From Chiloscyllium plagiosum (lineage: Eukaryota), in assembly GCF_004010195.1 (NCBI RefSeq), contig NC_057755.1, positions 8,745,685 to 8,809,684 of the forward strand: a stretch of DNA of 64,000 nt. Direction: 5' to 3'. Of this stretch, positions 1 to 13,420 are shown one piece after another; within the stretch, counting starts at the first letter, position 1, and every line of letters starts with the position of its first letter. The notes under the pieces were generated by a model, which worked only from the letters and a program-made list of their open reading frames with translations, was not told the DNA's origin and did no database searches. The position numbers and the translations under genes were made by a program.

Positions 1-1911
1 CACTGGTGGAATATTGGATGAGTAGGACAAGTCATAAACAAGGAATCAAGCGGGTGAAAAGTGGTCATGACATAGCTTTAGCAAGCAGAATTAAGGAAAA
101 TCCCAAGGCATTTTATTCTTATATAAGAAGCAAGTGGCTAACTAGAGAAAATATTGGTCCACTAATAGATAATGAAGAAAGGCTGAGAGAATGAGTGAGA
201 TTCTGAATGATTACTTTGCATCAGAGTTCACTGAGGAGAGGAACATGATGAATCTTGAGATTAGAGATAGAGGTTTGATTAGTCTGGATCACTTTGGCAT
301 AAGTAGGAAGATGTGTTGGGTATGCTAGAGGTTATTAAGTTGGACAAATCTCAAGGACCGGATTATATCTATCCCAGGTTCTGAGGGAGGCGAGACAGGA
401 AATAGCTAGGGCCCTGACAGATATCTTTATGGCATCCTTAAATACAGGTGAGGTGCTGGAGGACTGGAGGGTAGCTTATGTTGTCCCCCTGTAAGAAGGA
501 TAGTAGGGATATTCCGGGTAACTACAGACCAGTGAGTCTGACGTCGGTAGTGGGGAAGTTGCTGGAGATGATACTAAGAGATAGGATCTTCTTATATTTA
601 GAAAAGAATGAGCTTATCCGTGATAGGCAACATGGTTTTGGGCAGGGGAGGTCGTGCCTTACCAACTTAATAGAGTTCTTCGAAGAAGTGACCAAGTTGT
701 TCGATGAAGGAAGGGCTGTTGATGTCATATACGTGGACTTTAGTAAGGCGTTTGATAATGTTCCACATTGTAGACTAATGGAAAAAGTGAAGTCACATGG
801 TGAGCAGGGTGTTCTCGCTAGGTGGATAAAGAACTGGTTGAGCAACAGGAGACAGAGAGTAGTAGTTGAAGGGAGTTTCTTGAAATGGAGAAAGGTGACC
901 AGTGGTGTTCCACAGGGGTCAGCATTGGGTCCATTGTTGTTTGTAATATACATAAATGATCTAGAAAAGGGCACTGTTGGTACAATCTGGAAGTTTGCAG
1001 CATGATTGGTGGAGTAGCAGAAAGAAAAAGGGACTGTCAGAGAATACAGGAGGATATAGATAGACTGGAGAGTTGGGCAGAAAAGTGGCAGATGGCTTTT
1101 AATCCAGACAAATGAGTGGTGATGCATTTATGCATCGAGAGCGAATTATACAATGAATGGAAGAGCCTTGGGAAATTTGATGGACAGAGAGATCTGGGAG
1201 TGCAAGTCCATTGTACCCTAAAGGTTGCTGCACAGGTGGATAGAGTGGTCAAGAAGGCATATAGTATGCTTGCCTTAATTGGACGTGGTATTGAGTATAA
1301 GAGCTGGCAATTCATGTTAAAATTTTACAAGACATTGGTTCAGCATTTAGAATATTGTGTACAGTTCAAGTCGCCACATAACCAAAAGGATGTGGACACT
1401 TTGGAGAGGGTGCAGAGAATGTTTACGAGGATGTTGCCTGGTAGGAATGTGCTAGCTATGAAGAGAGGTTGAGTAGGTTAGCTTTATTTTCACTATAAAT
1501 GAAGGAGATTGGGGGGTGGGGGGGAGGGGGGGGTACCTGATTGAGGTTTACAAATTTATGAAGGGTATAGACAGGGTGGATTGAGACAATTTTTTTCCCA
1601 GGGTGAAGGATCAACAACCAGAGGTCATTCTTTCAAGGTGAGGGGTGGAATGTTTAAGGGGGATACACACGGCAAGTATTTCACACAGAGGATGGTGGGC
1701 ATTTGGAGCGCATTGCCAGCAGAGGTGGTAGAGGCAGGCACAGTAGATTAATATAAGATGCGTCTGGACATATGCATGAGTAGGTGGGCAGCAGAGGGAT
1801 ACATATGCTGAGGAATTGACCAAAAGGTTTGGAAGTACATTTGGATCTGCTCAGATTTGAAGGGCCGAAGGGCCTGTTCCTAGACTGTAAATTTTCTTTG
1901 TTCTTTGTTCT
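1..1911 (+). mobile_element. CR1-clade LINE (HER1-like), decayed ORF2 3' half and tail; runs off the window start
   Basis: ORFs 478-1005 and 1116-1472 give [47 protein letters not shown](DD), LEYCVQF with frameshifts; ends gggccgaagggcctgtt...(ttctttg)n tail at 1911. Confidence 0.95.
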
Positions 1912-2410
1912 AACAGAAACCAGACGACCATGATGCTGTGAAACCAGGAGTAATGTAGTCCAACAGATAAGGACGAGAATTCTGTACTTGTCCAGCTGCC
2001 CCACTGCACATAATTATCTGTTCATTCAGCTTCAAAGACAAATGCAATAGAGAAATCCTTGACGATGATAAAATTAGAGAAACTTATTATGACTATCATA
2101 GCAATACTCTCTGTAATAATTTAATTTAACCTCTTGGTAGAATAGAGCTACAAATCTGTCGAATGTGAAGGTGACCGTGAATAAAACAGATAAGTCAGGG
2201 GCAACAGCGGTCAGGGACAGAATAATCCTGCACACAGGATTGAGCGACAAGAATGAAAGTGGAAAGTGATAATGACTGTGTAATACAATATTGCATTGAT
2301 GATCATGACCTGTAGATCGGCTGTTCCCATTGCCATCTTGTAGACAGAGATGCAGTTCGACAAGCCCCAGTTTCCCTCGAAGAGAATCATGATTGTCAAT
2401 GAGCCAGAAG
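1912..2410 (-). pseudogene. GPR139/GPR142-like GPCR pseudogene, exon 2 remnant (TM1 to start of TM5), cut by the CR1 insertion
   Basis: Frames give ILFEGNWGLSNCISVYKMAMGTADLQVMIINAIL, LSVLFTVTFTFDRFVA, then FEAE*TDNYVQWGS...YSWFHSIMVVWFL; frameshifts, stops and no clear acceptor; homologous to the 32886-33814 exon. Confidence 0.88.
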
Positions 2411-2816
2411 CAATAATTGACCTTATATTGCTGATTGCATTGCATTTGCACCTGCCTCTAATAGAGCATTTAATCAATATACAGGTTACCTTTTTTGTTG
2501 GAATGCAGAATTTTGAGAACAGCATTGTAAAGGAAACTGTTGTACAGGAATGCTTACCATAGTATAATCAGCTTCGTCAACATTCACACTGTACATGGCG
2601 ATAAGGCAATCGGGAGTTATGCAAAAGAACTTTCAAAACAAACATTTGCAACTCAGTAAAATAAACACATGAAGTTGCTTAAGACATTTGAGTCATTCAA
2701 GAGATTCTCCTTAGGATGAATGAATGTAACAATAGTAAAGAGGTTATTTACAAAACATGCAGTATGACAATGGATAGAGTTAACATCACACTAAAAGACA
2801 AAGTACAGTGATTCAT

Positions 2817-2886
2817 CAGGAACACCAGTAATGGCAAGAGTCGGGTAGTAAATCTGCTTTATCTGCAAAATAATATGTTGCTCCAT
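2817..2886 (-). pseudogene. Exon 1 of the GPCR pseudogene (MEQHIILQIKQIYYPTLAITGVP+G)
   Basis: 70-nt ATG-initiated segment with the same length, phase and IYYP.LA..G motif as exon 1 at 37376-37445; donor reads G|atgaat rather than G|gt. Confidence 0.85.
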
Positions 2887-3256
2887 TTTGCAAATAAAAT
2901 TACGAATTTATTATCAGTTGAAAGACTTCACAGAGTACACCGCAGAAGGAATGATGGAAAGCCAGTACTTATACACAAGTCAAATCTGCAGAGATTCATT
3001 TGAAATGCAGCCATTTATCAAACAATCTCAGCGACAATCCTTTCACCGGATAGTTCACATATAGAACATGCAGAAAAAATGTTTATTTAATAGCGATTTT
3101 TTTAAAAAACTGAAGGCAATCTCACTTAAACACTGTCAAAGTAATTGAAAGAGAATGTGCTCAATGTTTGGGCTGAACATCTCTCTGCAAAGCAGGCAAA
3201 GGAAGATACCTTGCACAATACACCATGACTCTGCCTTGGACTCAGTTTCCTATTAC

Positions 3257-3960
3257 TGTTATGAAGATGTGAGTGTAATATACGTTAAGAGAGTAAAAGC
3301 TAGCAGCGACAGTACCACATGTTTTTAGTAAGGCACACTGTAACATGTGCTCCAGCTCCTGGAGCAGCTGGTTTCCTAGAAATGACAAAACAGATTCGAA
3401 TTAGGCCAATCAGTTTAAGTTATACCCCATTTTCCTATCAAGTTTAAATTGAGAAAATTAAAACTCTTAAAAGCAAATGTCACAATCCGATATTTTGGGA
3501 GACAAGACCAGGGAAAATTGAAAGGTTAAGAGGAGAACTGCCACCATACTAACAAAAGTAGACTGCTCGTCAGAAACTACCGAGAGGTACTTGTTTAGAG
3601 AGGGAGTTTGCACAGAGAAACACCTCAACACTGAACTGGGGAGCAAATCTACCGACAAAGATAAAGAGAAGATTTGAGCGCTGTCTGGTTTTAAAATTTG
3701 AAATTTTCCTATAAAAAAACTTAATTCTGTGTTATATCGGACTGGTTTTAGAGAACAGAATCTCAAAGATAGGTTAGAAGAACACATTGTAAACAATTGT
3801 TAATTAATTATTCTCTGTTATACTTTAAAAAATAAAGTTTTTAATTTGTACTTTAATTAGTTCTTGGCCACTCGAATTTTTAAAGATTACTGCATGGGAT
3901 AAATGTTCCCTTTGTTGCTGGTTTTAAATTAAACAGGAGGGTTTACCCCGTTTCGTAACA
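3257..3960 (+). repeat. 5' LTR of the Gmr1-like element
   Basis: Starts tgttatgaag, ends cgtaaca; both ends match 9041-9316. Confidence 0.9.
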
Positions 3961-3963
3961 ATT

Positions 3964-3981
3964 TCGGGCCTCGTCTGGGAT
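3964..3981 (+). promoter_or_regulatory. Primer-binding site, tRNA-Pro type
   Basis: tcgggcctcgtctgggat vs TGGGGGCTCGTCCGGGAT (15/18), just after the 5' LTR. Confidence 0.8.
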
Positions 3982-6900
3982 ATGAACTGGTTGAGACAGA
4001 TTTGAATGGATGTGGGGTGCGAAAAATCGCAGAAGATCTTAACACTTGCAGGTTAGTGTCCTCGATCTTTAATTAAAATGTAGGTGAGGCATTTTTTTTT
4101 ACTTTCAGTGTCTTGTGGTTGATTACATTAAAATTGAGAGAAATAGCTCATAAAATTGCGAAATAGGTTCTGCGGTTTGATGATGATTCTCACATTTGCC
4201 AAGGAAGTTTAAAGGAAACAAAAAGGCCATATTTTTAGAATTAGCAAAGAAGTTCGACTTGGGTTTAATCAAGGACAAAAGTAAAGCTGAAATTGACACT
4301 TAGGTGTGTCAGAGAAACAGACAAATGCAGTAGAGGTTAAAAAAAAACTTAAATTGCAATTGAGGAAACTGGAGTTAGAAGATAAACAAAGCAAGACAGA
4401 GGAAAGAGAGAGGGAGAGATAAAATGAAAACGAGAGTGAAGAAAGAGAAAGAGAGAAGAGAAGGAGAGAGAAAGCGAGAAAGAGGAGAGAGAGAAACAAA
4501 GCAAAAGTACAGAGAGAAAAGGTTCTTAGCTGAGCAGACAGAGAGAAGAAGGAGAGAGAAAAAGAGACAGAAAAGAAAGGGAGAGAGGAAGAGAGAGAGA
4601 GAAGCAAGGGCTAGGCAAAAACTGAGAGAATTTTAAACTTGTGAAGTTGCATCTTAGTCTGCAAAATCACATTAACAGGATGAAAACTGAAAAAAGGTAG
4701 TGAAAAGTATAAGTACGTCAAAACTCTGCCAAATTTAAGGAGGAAGATGCTGAAGCCTTATTTATGTGTTTTGAAAAATTAGCGAGACAAATGGTCTGAG
4801 GATTTATGGGAAATACAAGTTCAGACTGAACTTGTAGGCAAAGCTAATGAGGTATTTGCCACACTGTCAGGTGAGGTGTCAAGAGATTCTGAAGAGGGTA
4901 AACAGGCTATTGTAAATAATTATGAATTTGTACAAGAAGCATAAAACAGCAGTTCAGAAACACAAAGAAGGAACAAGTTTCGACTTATGTTGAATTCAGA
5001 AAATTAAACATTGTCATTTTGATCGATGGGTGCGTAGAAAACCGATAGTACCTTTCAGGTTCGAAGAGAGATTATTCTGCTGGAGGAGATTTAAAAACTC
5101 ACTTCCAGAGATAGTAAGAATTCACATGGAGGAACAGAAAGTTCAGGAAGTTTGAAGAGCAGCAGAACTAGCAGATAAGTACATGTTGAATAAGACAAGG
5201 TTCTGGCCGGAATTTCACCCTGTGAGGGATAGAAGTTGGAAGAAATGGAGATCCTACTCTCCGAAGCCAGGAGTAGGGAGCACTGGAAAGATTTTACCCC
5301 AGGTTAAGAAGCCCAAGAGGGTGGGCAGGAGATGAATGACCTCAGGTGTTTTCACTGTAACAGAGTGGGACACAGATAATTGCAGTGACAGTGTTATCGG
5401 AAGGGCACTGGTAAAAGGTACTTTCAATTCAAGAATGTGGGACGCATAACATGACAGTACTGGTCACTAAAGACAGGCGCCGTGGGAAAAGGTGTGGTAA
5501 AAGAAGCTAAGCCAGTGGCATTAGTAAAAGTGGTAAAGGAGACCAAAGAAGAGTCGAGGAGCTGCATGAGAGAGCACAGCCGAGGTAGGTGCTGGGTTTG
5601 GAGTTAGTGTCTGATCTCGACAACGAATTCGCCTCTTTGGGTAAGGTTTACTCTGAAAGAACGGGGTCGGGGGGGGCGGGGGGGGGGCGGGGAGGACAAG
5701 AAGCTGCAATTTTGAGAGATAGAGAATCTAACCAGTCGCTGATAGTAAGAGAAGAGCGAATATGCACTCTTTCTGATCTGTTACAGAGAGTGTGATCATT
5801 TGTGTGATAGACGGACAGAAATTTAGAGGTCCCCTATGTATGTTCAGGATGGAGTGTCAACTTAAGACTGGGGAAGATGCAGTAGGAGTGATTGACAGAG
5901 CGTCACTTCCAGGAATTCAGTTTGTTCTTAGGAGTCATTTGGCATGATCAAGTTTGGAAGTGACACCCCATGTTGTGGATAAGCCCAAGGAAGACCAAGA
6001 AAGTGAAGGGTAAAAATAATTATCTTGGGTATTTTCCCAGATTGTGTGGTAACCACATCCTACTAGCAGAAATCACAGCACCAAGTGAAAAGTGAAGTCA
6101 ACGATGAAGGAGTTATGGTTCAGTTAGCACATAACCTGTTTGATGTAATGGTGCAGGAAACACCTGAACAGACAGAGCGTCAGAGAGATGTGTTTATTCC
6201 TGAAAGGCTAAGAGACTTGCAATAGCAAGCCAAGACGACAAACGATATACGTGGATTATACTCTGAAATGGAGGAGAGAATATTCTGCAGGGTTACTATC
6301 TGGAAGATAGAATCCCAAGGCGGAAATGGAGACCAGGCAGGTTACTGCAGAGGAGACATGGGCCGAATTGCGCCAGGTTGTGTTGCCGGAGGTGTTACTG
6401 TTAGCACTTGAACTGCCTGTCGGATGTCACCTAGTGGTATGAAAGACTCAGGCTAAGGTACAAAAACAAATACATGGCGAGGGATGCATAAGGATGTGGT
6501 AAACTTTTGTTGTATGTATCAAACGTGCCAAATGATAGAAGAGCCACAGGTGGGAATAAAGCCAACACTTTTGTTGTCAATTCCCACATTTCAAGAACTT
6601 TCCACGCTTTTGAGAATTGATTGTGTAGGTCCACTACCAAGAACTAAAAGGATGAACCAATACTTGTTAATCATGATGGATGTGCCTACCAGATTTCGGG
6701 AGGCAATTCCATGATGGAGTATCAAAGCAAAAAAGCATAATAGAGGAGTTAGTAACTTTCTTCACACAGTTTGGGCTATCCAGAGAGATTCAATCGGGCC
6801 AAGGTTCAAATTTTACTGAAGGCTGTATAAGGAGCTTATGGTTAGCTTAGGTATGCAGCACTTTAAATCAAATGTTTATCATCCTGAATCCCAGGGAGCT

Positions 6901-9040
6901 TTACAAAGGTGGCATCAGACCGGGAAGTCCATGTTGGGAGCGTACTGTCAGGATTACCTGAATGATTGCCATAAAGGTATCCCAATTGTATTGTTAGCCA
7001 TTTAAGGTGCCCGAAAGTAATTTTCTCAGTTTACTCCCTTTCAGTTAATATTGCCTCATGATGTGAGAAACCCTTTGAAATTAAATAACTAAAAATTAAC
7101 AGGACCAAAGTCATATTTAGATTATGTTTTGAATTTCAGAGAAAGACTAAATTGAATAGGTGAGTTAGTTGAACAGCACCTAAAGTGGGCACAGTCTGGA
7201 ATGAAGCAAGTGCTAGCTAAAAGCTTTGAGACTCGGACGTTTTCCCGAGGAGTTAACGTGTTAGTACAGTTACCAGTAATAGAAAATCTCTTCAAAACCG
7301 GGTTTTTTGGTCCCCATCAAACTGAGAAAAAGTTGAGACTGGTGAACCATGCATTAAAGATGTCAGATTTTTTAAAAAACGGGTGTGTCACGTGAAGCTA
7401 TTGCAATCGTGTTATACTAGAGAGAAAGAACGAGAGAAACAGGTTTTCGTTACTGCCCCACAGGGTAAGGAATTAAATCCAGATTTTAATTTGTGCATTT
7501 TAATGTGTCTCAGAATAGATTTAAAAATGAAGAAGTCCTTGAAGCGTGAGATAGATTAGTACGTTATCTGTCTCAGGAATATTGAACGCAGTTGAAAGCA
7601 CATGAAGTAGACGTAGGTAATACTGCTCCGATAAAATAACACCCCTATTGGTTTAATCGTTTAAAAGCCACAGAGGTCCAGATGTAAATGGAGGTCATGC
7701 TCGACGAGGACGAACCAAGTCAGAGTGAGTGGAGTTCACCGATCATCTTAGTTCCCAGTCCAAATGGGACTCAATGATTCTGCGTGGTTTATTGGAAGAT
7801 GAACGCCGTTAAAAAAAAAACTTGGACTCATTTCCAATTCCTAGATTGGAGGACTGTATCGAGAAAGTGGTAAAATTCAGTTATATCACCGCGGTAGACT
7901 TAATGCTTGGTAACTGGCAGGTACATTTATCAGAGTCAGCGAACAAAATTTCCGCGTTTGTCATCCCAAATGGGCTATATCAGTTTAAAGTGATGTCTTT
8001 GGAATGATGAACGCACACATCACATTCCAAAGACTGTGGACAGGATTGTGGATGGGATAACAATCTATGCAGTTTATTTGGATAATGTAGAGATCTTTAG
8101 TAAGTCCTGGAAAGATCACATGGTACCGTTGGCAGAGCGTTGTGAACGACTACGAGAAGCAAATTTGTTAATAAACTTAAATAAAACCAGAGTTGCAAAA
8201 GCAGAGGTGACATTCTTGGGATACAACATTGGTTATGGAAGGTTGACCCCACGGAACTCAAAGATGAAGGCCATGAATTTTCATGAGCAATCTCGAAGAA
8301 AAATGTCCTTCGATTCTGTGGACTCAGTGGATTCCATCGGAGTATTGTTCCAAACTTCAGCAGTGTATGCTACGTTAGCTGATTTGCTAAAGAAAAACAC
8401 AACGTTTTGGTGGACAGAACAATGCCAGGATGCATTCGACCATTTAAAAGCCTTATTAAACATCAAACCATTTCTAACTACACCAGACCTTATAAAATAT
8501 TTTAAAGTTGTCGTCGATGCTTCTGAAATTAGACTAGGGGCTGCACTCCTACAGAAAGATGAGGATGGGATTGACCTGCCGGTTGGGTACTTTTTGAAGA
8601 AGATCAGCATCCACCAGATGACATACTCCACATTCGAAAATGAACTATTGAGTTTGGTACTGGACTTACAACATTTTAATGTGTATGTCATGAACAATGT
8701 GCTACAGACAATTGTGTACATGGATCACAATCCGCTTACATACTTACAATGATTTAAAGACAAGAATATGAGACTATTTCGTTGGAGGCTTACGTTACAG
8801 ACTTTTACTTTAAAAGTCATACGTGTTGTGGGTTAGATGTATGTATTCTCAGCTGCGTAATCTGATAAAGTTTAGATAAGATTTGTCTTTATCTAATGTT
8901 ATATATATAGGTATATGGGAAGAAGTTAAGGTGAACTTATATTAAAGTTACCTGTAAATTAGGGTAACGTGCTTAAAAAGTAGAAAATAAATGAAGCCAT
9001 CTTTTCATGATGATGGTCCGTCTTTTTCTTAAGACGGAGG

Positions 9041-9316
9041 TGTTATGAACTTGTGCACGTACTGTTCGTTTAAGAGAGTTAAACGCTAGCAGTGACAGCG
9101 CCAATTTATGGAAGGTGAAGATAAAAGATACGAGAGGAAGGTGTTATAAATAGTTGTTAGTTATTTATTCTCTGTTACAAGTTAAGAAATAAAGTTGTGA
9201 TTTTTTACTTTAACTAGTTCTTGACGTGTCGAATTTTCGCAGAATACTGCATGGGATAAATTTTTATTGTATTGTTGTTTTAAATTTAGCAGGATTGTTT
9301 ACCTCGTATCATAACA
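9041..9316 (+). repeat. 3' LTR of the Gmr1-like element, internally deleted (276 vs 704 bp)
   Basis: Preceded by purine tract aagacggagg; tgttatgaac...cataaca; matches both ends of the 5' LTR but lacks the middle. Confidence 0.88.
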
Positions 9317-9675
9317 ACAGTAAATCAACTCAAGTCAAATCAAATCAAGCATTGTCTATAGTCTTCTGGCATTAGCTCATTTGCAATTCAGATATCTATT
9401 TTCACCTGATCATACTCCCCACATAGCTGCTCTGACAGTGATCCGAATACCTCTTTAGCTCGATCTACCGACTTTGTTCAGATTAACAATACCCACATGG
9501 TTTAGCCACTTTCTCAAAGGATATGGAAAAGGTTTCGACATGATTCTCGTCCAACTAGGCAATGCTTGGACATATTGAAACAAATCCTTGTCAAAGGCAA
9601 AATCAATAAAATAGATTGTCTCGCAAACAATTCTAGCAGCAGAAAGACAGACCAAGCTTTTAGCTGTTGCAAAGA

Positions 9676-9766
9676 CAGAGAGAGATAGAATGTGTGTGTG
9701 TGTGTGTGTGTATGCGTATGTGTGTGTGTGAGAGAGAGAGAGGGGGGGGGAGGGAGAAAAGAGAGA
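9676..9766. repeat. Compound (GA)/(TG)/poly-G microsatellite
   Basis: Directly visible. Confidence 0.9.
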
Positions 9767-10416
9767 TGTAGCAACCATCATAGCCTCAATAGTGACTGAA
9801 AAGGAAAGCAAAACTCCAGGTTCTGTGGGAGCTGCATCCCACCCATTCAGGATGTTTCTATTGTTCCAACTTAAAAACAGACCCAAGTCCTCACAAACTG
9901 TTTACTTTGTTGGCCTTGAGCACACAACCCAACATCTTCCTCAACGGGAATTGGACCCTCTATTGCACTTCACTCAATGAAATGCTAAGCCGATTTCTCC
10001 CTCCAGATTGGCAATTCCCAGGATCAGATACTCCCCAGGACTGGAACCTGGTTTGGCCCCAAGTCTTCCAATTTTTCAGATCCTCTCCTTCTATTTTTTG
10101 ATTGGGGTCGCTCTTGATCTGTTCGACTCACTTAAGAAAAGAGGACTCCTTCTCAGATAGAAATAATCTCCACGGGAGCTGAAGATATTTAATGCACAGT
10201 AACCAAGAGTGGGCAGTAACCAAGGGATGCACAGAGAGAAGCTGGATGATCTGCCACGCAGGAAAAGTGACAGGAAATTGGGTGTGACAAACCTGTCATC
10301 TTGGACACCCACCCTCCACGTAAGGGACCCCCTCACCTGCTTTCTGATTCCACACCATCCAGTACCCAAAACGTTGCCCAATGAAATGGGGATAGTAGTG
10401 ACAATCTGATTTCTAG

Positions 10417-11169
10417 TATTATGATGTTTGAAGGCATGTTCTGTACATTTAAGAGTGAGTGAATGCTATTCTGAACTAAGAGCATGCAAAAGCAGTCTCA
10501 GAGTGTACTAGAAATTTGAAAATACGCAACACTTGGCTGTGAAATAGATATCTGAGCAGGCTGCTATTTTGACAACAATTCAAATTCAACGGATCAGTAT
10601 AAATTATGGTCCAGGATACCTAAACCCAATTGAGTTTGAATTTATCGTTTTGCCAATATCGAACCAAACAGATGATCAAATATTGGGCAGATTAAAAAAG
10701 GCAGGCATTTTGCAAATCAGGCAGAGAAATTGCCATCGAGAGAGGAAGGCAGACTCAAGATATTGAAACATTCTCTATCAAGGGTTCATTTTCATATGAA
10801 ACATCTTCGCAGTAAAAAGAAAGATGAGTGAGGGAGATATTCACCGGAAGAAGAAAAACTCTGAAGCTGACAGTCACTGTGTGGTTTTGAAACTAAGATG
10901 ATGCAATTTTAATAAGTGTTTTATTGGAACAATATGTTGTTATACAGTTGAAGGCAGGTAATAAGCAGTTCAGAAAGGGGAGCTTAGAATTGTGAACAGT
11001 TGATGTTTAATATTCACTTTTAGAGTTAAGGAATAAATTGATATTATTTTATTTGTGTGGTGAAATTTGGGAGTTTTCTTTCCCTCATATTTTAACAAAT
11101 TACAAGGCAACGTGAACTTTTCTGGGCGTTTGCTTAATTCATAGAGGCGTTTACCGCTGTGTTCTAACA
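10417..11169 (+). mobile_element. Probable solo LTR of a related Gypsy family
   Basis: tattatgatg...gttctaaca termini resembling the 3257-3960 LTR; flanks ctag/ctat resemble a 4-bp TSD. Confidence 0.65.
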
Positions 11170-11604
11170 CTATCAAGATCTCATTGTGATTCTGACAGTC
11201 ACGAAAATGCTGAATGGGAAACCTCAGGGCTTTATTCAGGATGAGAAAACCGTGTAGCGTGGAGCAGAGCGAGGGCAGAGAGCTCAGAGTCAGATTTGAA
11301 TTCAAGCGTTTCGAAGCTGAGGATCACACGTACAGACTGTACAGAGCAGCCAAGCAAAGCAGTCACTCGATACACATTGTCTCAACATTCAATGTTAAGG
11401 AGAGACCTCACAGGAACCCAAAGAGTCAGTTAGTATCAGAAATTCGAGCTAATTGTCGTTTCACCTGAACAGCTTGCTTGGCGTAAAAGTAGGAGTTAAA
11501 GGCAGTTTGACAAACAGAGGCTGATGGAGATGTTTCTGGCTACAATTGAGAAGTTGATGAGGGTGTCAGAATTGGTTGGAGAACAGGAGAGGAGGGGGAT
11601 TTAT

Positions 11605-11900
11605 TTGAATTCATTCCTGCGTTGCAGACTTTGTTGGCTAGGCCAACATTTGTTACGCATCCCTAGTATCCCAGTAGGCAGGTTATGGGTCAACAGCTTT
11701 GCTGTGGAGTCACCACTAGGCCAGAATAGATAATGGAGTCAATTTCGTTTACCGAGGACTAACATTGGTTTCATGGTCACTTCTGGACTAGCATTTTAAA
11801 GAAGTTCCAGATACTTACAGAATTCATTTTTGACCACCTGTATGCCCAGGACATTATTCTAGGGTTCTGGGTTTCTCGTGCAGTCACATTACCGCAATAC
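11605..11900 (-). mobile_element. SINE of a second family (Meta-SINE-like by recall), decayed
   Basis: Homologous to 12265-12560 and 56553-56880 (caacattgctgtgg.tctggagtcacatgtaggccag core). Confidence 0.6.
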
Positions 11901-12264
11901 GGTCACACTTATCAGGAGCTGTAGTTAATGGAGCTAGATGTGTCTGAGATGTTCCAAGGTGATAGGCTGAATGTCGAAGCTGGGGAGGGAGCAGGGGCCC
12001 TTCTTGTGTTTCCAGCAGGAATTGAAAGGAAGAATACTGTAACATGGGTGCCGTTGAAGAGCCTGTTAAACCATAAGCCCTTGTTCTACAGAAGGATGGA
12101 GACATTTCTGAAAAACGGTTATGGGAGCAAGCAAAATGGAACTGTTCATATCCAGGCGGAGATAAGGTGAGAATGAAAGTGTCATTCCAAGATGTGGGGT
12201 AGAGAGAAACATCAACAGAGCTCAGTGAGCTTTTAGTAAACATGGCAGGATAACGACTTAAAAG

Positions 12265-12560
12265 GAATGAGGGTGTCACTGGCAAGACCAGTAATCATTG
12301 CTCATCTCTAATTGCCAAGGTAGCTGTCAAGTGCCAACAACATTGCTGTGGTTCTGGAGTCACATGTAGACCAGAACAAGGAAGGATGACAGAATCCGTC
12401 TCTCAAGGATATTACTAAACCAGATGGGTTTGTCCAACAAGCACCAAAAGTTTCATAGAAATCAGAGATTCTTAATTTCAGATTGTAAGTTTCATAATCT
12501 CCCATGGCAGAGTTTGAATTCAAGTCCCTAGAGCATTACATGTGTCTCTAGATTATCAGT
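12265..12560 (-). mobile_element. SINE of a second family (Meta-SINE-like by recall)
   Basis: Same core as 11605-11900 and 56553-56880; B-box-like head remnant at the right end. Confidence 0.65.
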
Positions 12561-13149
12561 CTCAGCTTTGGATTACATGTTATTTCAGTCCAGAACGAGC
12601 GACTGCTAAGTCATTACATTGCAGATATTCCGGACTCTCTCACAGCGCTGTTCCTATAAGGTCTTTGATTCCCTTACACCGTAAGACCGAAAGAAATAAG
12701 AACAGGAAAAGGCACTTCAGTTCCCTCCAGTCTGTCCCTTCGTTCATTGGGATTGTGACTCATCATATATTTCTCACAAAACTTGCTTTCCCCGAGCCCT
12801 TGATTCCCTTATTGATCAAGAATCTGTCTACCTGAGCTTTGAACATACAGAAGCACACTGCCCCCACAGCACTCTGAGACAGAACGTTCCAAAGACTCAG
12901 AACTTGTCTCATTAATAGTAGAGTTTAACTCCGTAAAAAAACTTATTTATTCTGACTATGCGGTGCATGTGAAAATGAATTTGGACTCTGAAAACAGTTC
13001 CACAATTCCGAGGAACTCAAGGATAAAATATATCATGGCTTCTCCAACTGATACAGAAACATTCACATGAAACACCTCCTGGTGTTTAGTTCCTTTGCCT
13101 CAGTGCCCTTGAGAATGTAGCATTAAGCAGTCTTCTAGAATCTCTACAG

Positions 13150-13420
13150 TCCATAATACAGTAAGACTATAAAATATGGAAATAGTTTCGGCTATTCGGC
13201 CCATCACGCCTGCTCCTCCATTTAATTATCTTTGATACGTTTCAAAACCCAATTCTCCTGCCTTCCCCCGTTACCTTTGCTCCCCTAACTGACCAAGAAC
13301 CTATCTACCTCTACCTTAAATACTGTTAATGTCTTGGCCTCCACAGCCTTCTGTGGTAATCAGTCCTACAGTTTCCTCACCCGCTCGATGAAGAAAATCC
13401 TTCTCATCTCAGTTCTGAAG
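13150..13420 (-). mobile_element. CR1 3'-end fragment
   Basis: ggctattcggcccatc...tccttctcatctcagttct, reverse of the CR1 3' UTR; similar remnant at ~12690-12910. Confidence 0.7.

Larger units (their letters stand above)
3257..9316 (+). mobile_element. Gmr1-like Ty3/Gypsy LTR retrotransposon, near full length, decayed (gag-PR-IN-RT-RH)
   Basis: TG...CA LTRs; gag with zinc knuckle remnant CFHCNRVGH (~5345); degenerate protease ILRDRES (~5710); integrase HHCC and IDCVGPLP core (6400-7050) before RT (DSFPIPRLEDCI, YLDN; 7600-8350) and RNase H (VDAS...GAALLQ, DHNPL; 8490-8830). Confidence 0.93.

Noticed and set aside
522..1127. 201-aa minus-strand ORF (also 46244-46780 and 14138-14560)
   Set aside because: Antisense shadows of CR1 reverse transcriptase
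4269..4636. Ser/Leu/Phe-rich and Arg/Glu-rich ORFs
   Set aside because: Purine-rich low-complexity coiled-coil region of the decayed gag and its antisense
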